Shown: positions 8,653 through 18,244 of the stretch, in pieces
How the letters are laid out: every line of letters starts with the position of its first letter
How positions within the stretch are numbered: the stretch's first letter is position 1
From: Dehalococcoidia bacterium
GTDB taxonomy: Bacteria; Chloroflexota; Dehalococcoidia; GIF9; AB-539-J10
Direction of reading: 5' to 3'
NCBI GenBank assembly: GCA_003552465.1
Contig: PULQ01000025.1
Location: 1 to 62,316, forward strand
Length of the DNA stretch: 62,316 nucleotides
The notes under the pieces: model-generated
Seen by the model: only the letters and a program-made list of their open reading frames with translations
The model's database searches: none
What the model was told of the DNA's origin: nothing
Position numbers and translations under genes: made by a program

Positions 8653-10536
8653 ATGTTTGGCTACATGGGCAGGATTCTGAGAGTTGACCTTACAGACGGC
8701 AAAATCACGGAGGAGAGTCTGAACGAGGATGATTGCAGGATGTACCTGGGTGGAAGTGGACTGGCGACCAAGTATCTGTGGAACGAAGTGCCCGGAGGCG
8801 CGGATCCGCTTGGCCCCGAGAACGAGCTTATCTTCATGACCGGACCTCTCACGGGCACCGAGTCGCCCAGCGCAGGTAGGTACTGCGTTGTGACGAAGTC
8901 GCCTCTTACAGGCTTCTGGGCTGAGGCGAACTCAGGGGGCAGCTGGGGGGTGTATCTTAAGAACTCGGGGTTCGACGGGATTATCTTCAGGGGCATATCA
9001 CCAAAGCCGGTCTTTCTGGTGATCGACGACGGAAAGGCGGAACTGAGGGACGCGGGAGATCTCTGGGGTAAGGGTGTCAGTGAGACAGACAGGCTGATAA
9101 AGGAGGAACTGGGGGAGGACTTCAACGTTGCCTGCATCGGCATTGCGGGTGAGAACCTGGTTAAGTATGCCGCGATAATCAACGATGTACATCGAGCGGC
9201 CGGCAGGTGTGGGGTGGGCACGGTTATGGGGTCCAAGCGGTTGAAGGCTGTAGCCGCCGGAGGCACGCAGGAGATCAAGATTGCCAACCAGGAGGCCTTC
9301 AGCGAGACATCCAGGACAAACTACGACCTGATCAACGAGAGCATGCTGAAGATGACTTTGGAGACCTACGGCACGGCTATGAACACGGATCTTGTTAATG
9401 TGAGAGGCGGCTTTCCTACCAGGAACTGGCAGAGCGGCGTTTTCCCCGACATAGACAAGATAAGCGGGATCACGCTCGAGAGCACATTGCTGGTGGACAG
9501 GAAGCACTGTTATGCCTGTCCCATCAGTTGTTGCAGGGTCAGCGTGGTCAGGAGCGGTCCCTATGCGTGCAAAGGAGAGGGTCCGGAGTTCGAGACTATC
9601 GGAGCCTTCGGTGCTATGTGTGCGCTTGAGAATCTGGAGGCTGTCACACTTGCGCACAACCTCTGCGATGACTACGGGTTGGATGTCATCTCCGCCGGCA
9701 GCACAATAGCATTCGCTATAGAATGCTACGAAAAGGGGATTTTGACGAAGGATGATACCGGCGGGCTGGAGTTGAAGTTCGGTGACCCGTCCCCCGTCAT
9801 CGAGCTAGTACACCTTGTAGCGAAGAGAGAGGGCATTGGCGACCTGCTTGCGGAAGGAACCAGGAGAGTCGCGGCAAGCCTTGGCAAGGGCTCAGAGGAC
9901 TTCGCCATGCATGTAAAAGGACTGGAGTTGCCGGCGTATGATCCGAGAGCAGCCAAGATCTGCGGATTGGCATTCGCCACCGCCAACCGCGGCGGTGATC
10001 ATATGACGGCCTGGGTCGAAATGCCGGCGTTCATAGATGTGCCCATTCTGTGTGTTGAGGATAGCAGGATCGAAGACGCCATGGTTGAGAATCCCGCCGA
10101 GGCCAGGGTGCTGAAGGATCTTGAGGATGTTCTTACCGTATTCGACTGCGTCGGTACATGCAAGTTTATGGGCGTGGCGCTATCTGCTGAGGATTGGGTA
10201 GACATGATATCCAACTGCGTGGGCTGGGAGTTCAGCGTAAGCGATTTCAGAAGTGTCGGAGAGAGGGTTTACAATCTTGCCAGGGCCTTCAATGTGAGAG
10301 AAGGCCTGGTCAGGGCGGACGATACACTGCCCGGGAGGTTGCTGAACGAGCCATTGCCTGAAGGGGCGGCTGCCGGACACAAGGTGGAGAAGCTGGATGA
10401 GATGCTGGATGCCTACTACGAGTTTCGTGGTTGGGATAAGACGACAGGCAGGCCGACAGCAGAAAAGCTCAGAGAGCTCGGGCTGGACTATGTGATCGAT
10501 GTGATTGAGGGGTGTAACCATGGCCACTATTGCTGA
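8653..10536 (+). CDS. aor: Aldehyde:ferredoxin oxidoreductase (W-pterin AOR family)
   Basis: MFGYMGRILRVDL, KSPLTG, AAGRCGVG.VMGSK, CYACPISC, EGPEFET, DDYGLD. Confidence 0.93.
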   Translation: MFGYMGRILRVDLTDGKITEESLNEDDCRMYLGGSGLATKYLWNEVPGGADPLGPENELIFMTGPLTGTESPSAGRYCVVTKSPLTGFWAEANSGGSWGVYLKNSGFDGIIFRGISPKPVFLVIDDGKAELRDAGDLWGKGVSETDRLIKEELGEDFNVACIGIAGENLVKYAAIINDVHRAAGRCGVGTVMGSKRLKAVAAGGTQEIKIANQEAFSETSRTNYDLINESMLKMTLETYGTAMNTDLVNVRGGFPTRNWQSGVFPDIDKISGITLESTLLVDRKHCYACPISCCRVSVVRSGPYACKGEGPEFETIGAFGAMCALENLEAVTLAHNLCDDYGLDVISAGSTIAFAIECYEKGILTKDDTGGLELKFGDPSPVIELVHLVAKREGIGDLLAEGTRRVAASLGKGSEDFAMHVKGLELPAYDPRAAKICGLAFATANRGGDHMTAWVEMPAFIDVPILCVEDSRIEDAMVENPAEARVLKDLEDVLTVFDCVGTCKFMGVALSAEDWVDMISNCVGWEFSVSDFRSVGERVYNLARAFNVREGLVRADDTLPGRLLNEPLPEGAAAGHKVEKLDEMLDAYYEFRGWDKTTGRPTAEKLRELGLDYVIDVIEGCNHGHYC

Positions 10537-12208
10537 GAAACCATGGCTGAAGCAGTACAAGCTCGGACCCTATAAGCTTCCGCAGACGAAGGAGCCGTAT
10601 CCGGTTACGACGGTTCACAGTCTGCTTGACGCCACTGCGGCTGAGTATCCGGACAGGGTGGCCTGTTACTACCTGGGCAGAGAGATCCTGTACAGCGAGA
10701 TGAAGCAGTTCAGCGACAGCCTGGCTGCTGCGCTCGCAAACCTGGGAGTGACCAAGGGCGACAAGGTGGCTACCGTTCTGCCGAACTGCCCCCAGTTCAT
10801 GATAAGCGACTTCGGGATCATGAAGGCCGGGGCGGCGCATGTACCCTGCAGCGTGATGCACAGGGGGGCCGACCTGATCTATGAGATCGGAGAATCGGGG
10901 GCCGAGACGGTCATCTGTACCGATATGTCTCTGGACCTGGTGAACTCGGTAAGGGCGGAGACCCGCATCAAGAATGTCATCGTCAGCTCGTTGACGGACT
11001 ATTCGTCCGACGAGACTGATCCGAAGAAGCACCCGGATGCCCATGGATTCCGGGAGTTGATTGACAGCCACGGTCCCGAGCCTCCCGAGGTGGATATCGA
11101 TCCCATGACAGACCTGGCTGTTCTTCCCTTCACAGGAGGCGCTACGGGATTGCCCAAGGGAGTTATGCTGACCCACTATAACCGGGTGGTTGCTATAGTG
11201 CAGACGGCATGGTCTTATGAGCCTTTGAAGGTGGGCATCAGAGGGAAGGCTTCGGCCATGATACCCATCCCTCTGTTTCACGCCTACGGTCATCTTATGA
11301 TGCAGTTCGGGGTGTACTGGGGGCTGAAGGGCTATCTGCTGCCCGACCCGAGGGATACCGACACGCTGGTTCAGATGCTCATGAAGCATCGCCCCTTCTT
11401 CTGTGCCTGCGTGCCCACTCAGTATTCGCGACTGGTGGCGGCAGGACTGGGCAGACTGACCACGATGTTCATGTCGACGACGGCAGCGCTGGCGCCCGAG
11501 GTCGCGCAGAAGTTCAGGAAGGAGACGGGCGTGCCCATTACCGAGGCCTACGGCCTGACTGAGACCGGTGGTGCTACACATATCAACCTTTCGTCTTTCT
11601 CCAAGATCACCGGCTTTATGCCCTTCGAGAAGTTCGGGTCGATTGGGATTCCGCTGCCCGACACGGATGTGAGGATAGTCGATCTGGACACGGGGGAAGA
11701 CGTCGCTCCTGGCTGTGAGGGCGAACTATGGGTGCGAGGCCCACAGGTGATGATGGGATACTGGCCCGAGGCAGGCAAGGGCCTTGTCGACGGCTGGGTG
11801 CCCACGGGCGACGTGGTGAAGATGGAGGATGACGGGGATTTCTACATCACAGACCGTGTTAAGGACATGGCCAATATATCGGGACTGAAGGTCTACACCA
11901 GGCTGGTTGATGATGCCCTGTACGAGCACCCGGCGGTCGGCGATGCCGTTGCCATCGGGGTTCCCGACCCCGAGCGGGCAGGTAGTGAGAGGATCAAGGC
12001 CTTCATCCGGCTGAAAGAGGAATACGAAGGGCGGGTCACCGCTGAAGAGTTGATAGGGCATTGTCGGGAGAGGCTCCCGGCCTACGCGGTTCCCAAGTTC
12101 ATCGAGTTCAGAGAAGAGCTGCCTGTTACGGTCACGCTAAAGCTGTTCAAGAGGCAACTGAGAGAAGAGGAAGTGGCCAGGATGAAGGCCTCAGGTGAAT
12201 TGGGTTAG
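10520..12208 (+). CDS. Long-chain fatty acid-CoA ligase-like AMP-binding enzyme
   Basis: FTGGATGLPKG, YGLTE, GELWVRGPQVM.GYW, TGD, DRVKD. Overlaps the aor stop. Confidence 0.9.
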   Translation: MATIAEKPWLKQYKLGPYKLPQTKEPYPVTTVHSLLDATAAEYPDRVACYYLGREILYSEMKQFSDSLAAALANLGVTKGDKVATVLPNCPQFMISDFGIMKAGAAHVPCSVMHRGADLIYEIGESGAETVICTDMSLDLVNSVRAETRIKNVIVSSLTDYSSDETDPKKHPDAHGFRELIDSHGPEPPEVDIDPMTDLAVLPFTGGATGLPKGVMLTHYNRVVAIVQTAWSYEPLKVGIRGKASAMIPIPLFHAYGHLMMQFGVYWGLKGYLLPDPRDTDTLVQMLMKHRPFFCACVPTQYSRLVAAGLGRLTTMFMSTTAALAPEVAQKFRKETGVPITEAYGLTETGGATHINLSSFSKITGFMPFEKFGSIGIPLPDTDVRIVDLDTGEDVAPGCEGELWVRGPQVMMGYWPEAGKGLVDGWVPTGDVVKMEDDGDFYITDRVKDMANISGLKVYTRLVDDALYEHPAVGDAVAIGVPDPERAGSERIKAFIRLKEEYEGRVTAEELIGHCRERLPAYAVPKFIEFREELPVTVTLKLFKRQLREEEVARMKASGELG

Positions 12209-12292
12209 ACTTGCGGGTTCAACCTGGTGACGCGTTTTCACCGTGTGTTAAGAGGCGGCGCAGTGTGACTTCCGGGTGCCGCGGTACCAGAT

Positions 12293-13420
12293 ATGCCGAG
12301 CTACGAAGATCTAGAATCCAGGATCATTGACTCCGGAGAGTGCACCGTCTGCGGTGCCTGCGTTGTCGCCTGTCCGACGGCCCATGTGAAGCTCATCGAT
12401 GGCAGGCCAAGGCGGCCCAAACGCGCTATGGATTGTGTGGGTTGCAGCATCTGCTATGAAGCTTGTTACATGCTCAGGCACAGCCTGATCAAGGATATTG
12501 AGGGTGCCGTTATCGGTCGAGGAAAGAAAGAGAGCGTCGGGCTTTACATGCGCGCAGTGCTGGCGAGGACAACCGATGATGTGGTTGCCGACAGATGCCA
12601 GGATGGTGGGGTTGTGACTACGCTACTCCTGTATGCGCTGGAGAGCGGCATTATGGACGGCGTGCTGGTGGTCGGCAGAGACGGCTGGACTCCCACCGCC
12701 TATGTAGCAAGGACCAGGGAGGAGATAATGGAGGCGGCAGGTACCAAGTACGGCGTCGTGCCCGTGTTGAGTAAGCTGAGGGAGGCCGTTGTCGACCATG
12801 GATTGACCAAGATCTGGGTCGTGGGATCGCCATGTCATATACAGTCGATCAGATATCTCAAGCACAAGGGTTTGCCGCTGGCAACGTCGGTTCAGGTTAT
12901 GGTTGGCCTCTTCTGCAGGGAGAACTACGAGTATAACTGCATGGAGGAGCTGGTCAGGGCTCAGGGTGTCGAGATGAGCCAGGTCGATAGGCTGGAGGTA
13001 TACGATGAGTTCCGTGTATACGCAGATGGGAACAGGATGGACCTGCCTGTTACCGATATCAAGGATTGCGTGCCCCGGCATTGCCTTGTCTGCCGTGACT
13101 TCGCTGCCGAGCTTGCCGATATCGCCGCAGGTAGCGGGGGCTCCTACGGAGGCCGGTCAACCGTCATAGTCAGGAGTGTGAAGGGTGAGGAGGTCTTCGC
13201 CGGGATGGAGCAGTCGGGGCTGATCAGTACAGAGTCCGACGGATACGCGCCTGAGATCAGCGAGATTGCCGAAAGGAAGAGCGAAAAGGCGAAGCAAACC
13301 GGTGATATATTTCGGCTCGCCGAGAAGGGCCTTAATGAGAAGGAGATCTCCGATAGGCTCGGCATAACCGAGAGAAGGGTATCTCACCGACTGCGCGGTG
13401 CACGTCGGAACACCTCCTGA
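12293..13420 (+). CDS. FrhB/FdhB-like (F420 hydrogenase/dehydrogenase beta) protein with 2x[4Fe-4S] and C-terminal HTH-like segment
   Basis: CTVCGACVVAC, CVGCSICYEAC, QDGGVVT, GTKY, GSPCHI, GLFC, C..C.DF. Tail GLNEKEISDRLGITERRVSHRL. Confidence 0.85.
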   Translation: MPSYEDLESRIIDSGECTVCGACVVACPTAHVKLIDGRPRRPKRAMDCVGCSICYEACYMLRHSLIKDIEGAVIGRGKKESVGLYMRAVLARTTDDVVADRCQDGGVVTTLLLYALESGIMDGVLVVGRDGWTPTAYVARTREEIMEAAGTKYGVVPVLSKLREAVVDHGLTKIWVVGSPCHIQSIRYLKHKGLPLATSVQVMVGLFCRENYEYNCMEELVRAQGVEMSQVDRLEVYDEFRVYADGNRMDLPVTDIKDCVPRHCLVCRDFAAELADIAAGSGGSYGGRSTVIVRSVKGEEVFAGMEQSGLISTESDGYAPEISEIAERKSEKAKQTGDIFRLAEKGLNEKEISDRLGITERRVSHRLRGARRNTS

Positions 13421-13499
13421 ACACAACCGCGCGGTCTTGTGTAGAGCGCCTGCTTACAGATGGCAGATACCGGAAATAGACTAGATAGGAGGAAACACT

Positions 13500-13877
13500 G
13501 TGGAGAAGACTACCTATGAGATCGATGGATTTGCCAGGGGGGCGCCGTACTCACATGTTGTCGAGGCGGGTGGCTTCCTGTTCGTCTCCGGAGTTCTCCC
13601 CATCGATGTCGGGAAGAACCTGAAGATAACCGACGACGTAAAGGCGGCTACCGAACTGGTGCTCAGCAACGTGAAGCTGGCGCTTGAGTCGACTGGCAGC
13701 GATCTCGACAGGGTCGTCAAGGTTACCATCTTTCTGCGGGACATGGCCGATTTCAGCGCCATGAACGAGGTCTACAGGGCCTTCTTCCCCGTCAACCCGC
13801 CCGCTCGTTCTTGCATTGCCGTAAGGGAGGTTCCGGGTAACTACCCTGTGGAGATCGAAGCTATTGCCATCAAGTGA
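13500..13877 (+). CDS. RidA/YjgF family imine deaminase
   Basis: PYSH, FLFVSG.LP, VVKVTIFL.DM.DF..MNEVY, PARS, VEIEAIA. Confidence 0.92.
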   Translation: MEKTTYEIDGFARGAPYSHVVEAGGFLFVSGVLPIDVGKNLKITDDVKAATELVLSNVKLALESTGSDLDRVVKVTIFLRDMADFSAMNEVYRAFFPVNPPARSCIAVREVPGNYPVEIEAIAIK

Positions 13878-13956
13878 CGGATGAAGTGGCCGTCTAGCCC
13901 GGTATGCCGTTAGGAGGGCCACCCGCTGGGTGCCACCAGGTACATAGGAGGTTGCC

Positions 13957-16374
13957 ATGAGTGAAAGCACAGTGTTGCCGGAGATGACGATCGAGTCGTT
14001 CCCCAGGTTGTCGAAGCTCTATGACGACCTGCTATCGGCAAGGAAGGAGGTCTGCATCCAGAGGGCCCGCCATATCACGGACTTCATGAAGGGATCGGAT
14101 GTCTGGTTCATGCCTCCGGTGTTCAGGAGAGCCCGAGCAGTGGCTCACATTCTGAAGAACCTCGATGTGGGGATACATCCCGATGAGCTGTTGGTTGGCA
14201 GTATCACCAGCAAGCGGGTGGGAGCCGTCATCTATCCAGAGTTTGTCGGTGTCCTGATCTGGCCGGAACTAGCGAATCTGCGAGAACGAGCGGTGGATGC
14301 GTTCGACATCAGCGATGATGAGATCAAGGAGTTGGAGCAGGACATCTTTCCGTTCTGGATGGATAAGGTTCTGGCCTGGCATGCTCAGGAGTTCCTGTCG
14401 CCACCACAGCCCATGTCTCTCTTGTTCAAAGGGGGCTTCTTCGTGCTGACCGAAGCGGCAGGGATCTCACATACCGCTCCCGACTTTGAGAAACTGTTAC
14501 GTGTGGGGCTGGATGGCATCAAAGAGGAGGCAGGTGAAAAGGTCCGCGAGATGGATGCCGATCCCGTGGGTGATCCTGAGCGGTTCAGAGAACGCGCCTT
14601 CTACCGTGCTGTCCAGGTATCCTGTGATGCCGTCGTAGAGTTCGCCGGCAGGCACCACGCTGAGGCACTCAGACTCGCTGAACTGGAGACGGACAGCGAG
14701 AAGAAGGATGAACTGCTGGAGATCGCCCGTATCTGTGCCAAGGTGCCGGCCGGGCCGGCCACATGCTTCCGCGAGGCTCTGCAGAGCATATGGTTCCTCG
14801 AGATCGCTCTGCATCAGGAGAACTACGAGCAGGCTTTGTGCCCTGGTCGGGCAGACCAGTATCTCTATCCTTACTACCGGGATGATCTTGAGAAGGGACT
14901 CATCACCGCGGAGCAGGCCGTTGAGTTGCTCGGGTGCCTGTCTGTAAAGATGTCCGAGTTCGTCCCGCTGTTTGCCGAGAATCTCGCCACGCTGTTCAGT
15001 GGCTTCCCGGCCAATCCGTCGGTCACGATCGGCGGCGTGACTGCTGATGGTGCCGATGCTACGAATGAGCTTAGCTATCTGTTTCTGAAGACTAGAGAAC
15101 TGGTCAAGACCAGGCACCCCAATCTCCATGCTAGAGTACACGGGCAGTCGCCTCCTCAATACCTTGAGAGAATCTGCGAGGTAATCAAGGATGGCGGAGG
15201 AATGCCGGGCCTCGTCAACGACGATGTGGTTGTGCCTGCGCTTATGGCCAAGGGGATAACGGAGTCGGATGCTCGTGACTATGTGATCATCGGCTGCGTG
15301 GAGATATCGGTTCCCAGGAAGACCTTCGGCTCAACCGATGCCGCCTTGATGAGTCTGCCGGTCTGTCTCGAGATGGCTCTGAACAACGGCTGTAGTCCGG
15401 TCATGCAGGAGGAGGTCGGAGTGAAGACGGGCGATCCGAGGGAGTTCAGGGGAATGGATGACGTTCTCGGTGCTCTTCGAAATCAGATATCATACGTGGT
15501 GGAGCAGATGGTCATCGGCCTGAACGTCCTGGGCATTGCTCATAGGGAGCTATACCCCAGTCCCCTGCTGTCCTCTCTGATAGAGGGGTGTATTGACACC
15601 GGGAAGGACGTCACGGCCGGCGGTGCTGTGTACAACTTCACTGGCGTCCAGGGTGTGGGTGTGGCCGACGTTGCCGACTCACTGGCAGCCATTGACCGGT
15701 TGGTGTTCGCGGACAAGAAGGTAACGATGGATGAACTGCTGAAGGCTCTGGAGGACAACTTCGAGGGCCACGAGCGGCTTCATCAGTTGATAGTGAACAG
15801 GGTTCCCAAGTACGGCAATGACGATGAGCTTCCCGATAGGTATGCCAGGGAGGTTGCCGAACTCTTCTGTGGGGAAGTGGCGAAGCATCGTAATCCCAGA
15901 GGCGGAGCCTACTTGCCGGGGTTCCTGAGTATGACCAATCACAAAGGCTTCGGCAAGTTCGTCGGCGCATTGCCCAGCGGTAGAAGGGCCCTTGAGAGCC
16001 TCTCCAACGGCATATCGCCGTGCGACGGCGTGGATAGGAAAGGTCCGACCGCCTATCTCAAGTCGGTGGCAAAGGTCGACTACTCCCAGGCCACCAATGG
16101 AGTAGCGGTGAATCTGAAGTTCAACCCAACTTATCTCAGGGGTGCCGTCGGTACGGGGAACCTCGGTTCGCTGATCAGGGCCTACTTCGGGCTGGGCGGT
16201 ATGCACCTGCAGGTGAATGTGGTCGACAGGGAGACCCTTCTTGATGCCCAGAGGAACCCGGCGAAGCATGCCGGGCTTATGGTCAGGGTGGCCGGCTATT
16301 CGGCTTACTTCGCAGATCTGAGTCGAGAGGTACAGGACGAGATCATAGCCAGAACCGAGCATTGCTCTCAGTAG
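13957..16374 (+). CDS. Glycyl radical enzyme, PFL2/PflD-like, substrate unknown
   Basis: Gly loop RVAGYSAYF, Cys loop GCVEI, PDELLVGS, GRADQYLYP, PKYGND. 805 aa. Confidence 0.92.
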   Translation: MSESTVLPEMTIESFPRLSKLYDDLLSARKEVCIQRARHITDFMKGSDVWFMPPVFRRARAVAHILKNLDVGIHPDELLVGSITSKRVGAVIYPEFVGVLIWPELANLRERAVDAFDISDDEIKELEQDIFPFWMDKVLAWHAQEFLSPPQPMSLLFKGGFFVLTEAAGISHTAPDFEKLLRVGLDGIKEEAGEKVREMDADPVGDPERFRERAFYRAVQVSCDAVVEFAGRHHAEALRLAELETDSEKKDELLEIARICAKVPAGPATCFREALQSIWFLEIALHQENYEQALCPGRADQYLYPYYRDDLEKGLITAEQAVELLGCLSVKMSEFVPLFAENLATLFSGFPANPSVTIGGVTADGADATNELSYLFLKTRELVKTRHPNLHARVHGQSPPQYLERICEVIKDGGGMPGLVNDDVVVPALMAKGITESDARDYVIIGCVEISVPRKTFGSTDAALMSLPVCLEMALNNGCSPVMQEEVGVKTGDPREFRGMDDVLGALRNQISYVVEQMVIGLNVLGIAHRELYPSPLLSSLIEGCIDTGKDVTAGGAVYNFTGVQGVGVADVADSLAAIDRLVFADKKVTMDELLKALEDNFEGHERLHQLIVNRVPKYGNDDELPDRYAREVAELFCGEVAKHRNPRGGAYLPGFLSMTNHKGFGKFVGALPSGRRALESLSNGISPCDGVDRKGPTAYLKSVAKVDYSQATNGVAVNLKFNPTYLRGAVGTGNLGSLIRAYFGLGGMHLQVNVVDRETLLDAQRNPAKHAGLMVRVAGYSAYFADLSREVQDEIIARTEHCSQ

Positions 16375-16384
16375 GACTGTAACC

Positions 16385-17287
16385 ATGTCGGAGGGCGCCA
16401 CAGTTTTCGACCTGCAGCGCTTCTCTATACACGACGGTCCCGGCATCAGAACCGTTGTCTTCTTCAAGGGCTGTCCGCTTCAGTGCCTGTGGTGTCAGAA
16501 TTCGGAGGGCCTGGACCCTGAGCCTGAGATCAGCTTCTCGAAGGAGAGGTGCCTGGGTTGTCGGGAATGCCAACCTTCATGCCCATTGCAGGCGATCGTC
16601 TTCAATGGAGATGGGCGCATCAACCGCCAGCTTTGTGATCGCTGCGGCAGGGGCACCGAAGCCTGCCATTCGGGTGCCCTTGAACTCGTCGGCAGGCGCT
16701 ACTCTCCGCAGGAGTTGCTGGAAGAGGCCATGGATGATCTGCCCTTCTTCGTAGCATCGGGTGGCGGCATCACCCTCTCGGGAGGCGAGCCTACCTGCCA
16801 GGCTGAGTTCCTGTCCGAGTTTCTTCCACTGTGTAAGGAGCAGGGGCTCAATGTCGCTATGGAGACATGTGGCTACGTGGCCTACCAGAAACTGGAGCCG
16901 CTGCTTCCCTTCCTGGACCTGGTTCTGTACGATGTCAAGGCCGTTGACCCGGCGCTGCACCGGCGTCTCACCGGGAAGGATAACGCTGTGATACTGAAGA
17001 ACCTGGTGCGGCTTCTTGAAAAGCAAAGGTGCAGGATCAGGGTCAGGGTGCCTCTGGTTCCGGGCATGACATCGACGGACAGGAACCTTAGGGACATCAT
17101 TGGCTTTCTTAAGAAACATCGCGTCGACGAAGTGTCACTTGTCCCCTACCACAGGATGGGGGAGAGTAAGCTGGAAAAGATCGACAGCCCGCTGAAACCG
17201 CTGAATCTGGCCGGGGCCGATGATCGAGATATGGAAGCTGCAGCAGGCCTGTTTCGTGTTAGTGGCATTGAAGTCCTGGACCCGTGA
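16385..17287 (+). CDS. Glycyl-radical activating enzyme (radical SAM) with ferredoxin insert
   Basis: HDGPGIRTVVFFKGCPLQCLWCQN, CLGCRECQPSC, GGITLSGGEP, directly after the GRE. Confidence 0.95.
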   Translation: MSEGATVFDLQRFSIHDGPGIRTVVFFKGCPLQCLWCQNSEGLDPEPEISFSKERCLGCRECQPSCPLQAIVFNGDGRINRQLCDRCGRGTEACHSGALELVGRRYSPQELLEEAMDDLPFFVASGGGITLSGGEPTCQAEFLSEFLPLCKEQGLNVAMETCGYVAYQKLEPLLPFLDLVLYDVKAVDPALHRRLTGKDNAVILKNLVRLLEKQRCRIRVRVPLVPGMTSTDRNLRDIIGFLKKHRVDEVSLVPYHRMGESKLEKIDSPLKPLNLAGADDRDMEAAAGLFRVSGIEVLDP

Positions 17288-17321
17288 TGATACAGCGACG
17301 AACCCGTCCCGTTCGTGCCGA

Positions 17322-17350
17322 TTGACCTATCGGTACCGATACACTAAAAT
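17322..17350 (+). promoter_or_regulatory. Sigma70 promoter with perfect 14-bp palindrome in the spacer
   Basis: TTGACC-17-TAAAAT. Spacer contains TATCGGTACCGATA (17328-17341). Confidence 0.6.
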
Positions 17351-17362
17351 GGCATCTCAGTT

Positions 17363-18244
17363 GTGAACCCGGATGCTATTCAGCAAGACATAGAGCCTGC
17401 TCTTCGTGATCTTCCCGATCGACTCTGTTCTGGTGCCGCGCACCGCAATGATGGAAGGGTGGACCTGGATTGGGACGATGACCATGTGCTTCCCCCGAAG
17501 GTCTACCCGGACATAGCTCACCTTTTCCGAAGGATGACCGATGTCACAGTCGGGGCTGTGGGTGTGGTGGAGCAGGAACTTGTGCTTGATATCGGGTGTG
17601 GCAGGGCGGTTGATGCCATAGAACTGGCCAGGAAGGGAGGGCTGTGCTCAGGACTTGAGCCGTCGGGGAGGATGATATCGCACGCCCGGCTGCATACCTC
17701 CCGGAACGGTGCTTCGGTCAACCTCGCCCGTGGAGTAAGTGCACACCTGCCGTTCAAGACAGGTTCGTTCGACAAGATACTCTGCAAGGGAGCTCTGGAT
17801 CACTTCTGCCATTTGGACGAGGCGATCGCCGAAATGGCCCGGGTGCTCAAGCCAGGGGGGCGGGCGGTGATCGCCACTGCCAACTTCGAGAGCCTCGGGT
17901 TCAGGACCGGAAGACGGTTGTTCGCACTGATGCGTTTTCTGCGCAGAGAGAAGGCGGATGACGGTCATTTCTGGCAGATACCCGATGACCATACCATCAA
18001 GCTGGACTACGGCACCCTCAGGCGTCTGGTAAGCCCTCATTTCAGGGTAGAGCGTGCCGAGGGTATATCGTTGCTGGTCGGACTGCCTGGCTGGAGTTCG
18101 CTGCTTGATAGATTGCCGCAGAGGCTTTCTGCTCTTTCGCTGACGGCCCTGGACGGGTTGGCCAGGCATTTGCCTTCGCTCAGCAATGTCATCGTCATCA
18201 GGTGCGTGCCCAGGGCGAATCCTACCTCTTCGTCAACAGAATAG
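17363..18244 (+). CDS. Class I SAM-dependent methyltransferase
   Basis: VLDIGCG, LPFKTGSFD, RVLKPGG. Confidence 0.85.
   Translation: MNPDAIQQDIEPALRDLPDRLCSGAAHRNDGRVDLDWDDDHVLPPKVYPDIAHLFRRMTDVTVGAVGVVEQELVLDIGCGRAVDAIELARKGGLCSGLEPSGRMISHARLHTSRNGASVNLARGVSAHLPFKTGSFDKILCKGALDHFCHLDEAIAEMARVLKPGGRAVIATANFESLGFRTGRRLFALMRFLRREKADDGHFWQIPDDHTIKLDYGTLRRLVSPHFRVERAEGISLLVGLPGWSSLLDRLPQRLSALSLTALDGLARHLPSLSNVIVIRCVPRANPTSSSTE

Noticed and set aside
10469-11581. Long antisense ORF over the acyl-CoA ligase
   Set aside because: Shadow frame of a high-GC gene with no motifs. The same applies to 33125-34291, 35179-36147, 38277-39611, 48502-49713, 51742-53262 and 58815-59987.
13957-16374. Fumarate-adding enzyme (BssA/AssA), classic PFL, CutC or HypD
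   Set aside because: The Cys loop is GCVEI, not the fumarate-adding type or the PFL CC pair. No small subunits are adjacent, and CutC/HypD signature segments are not seen.
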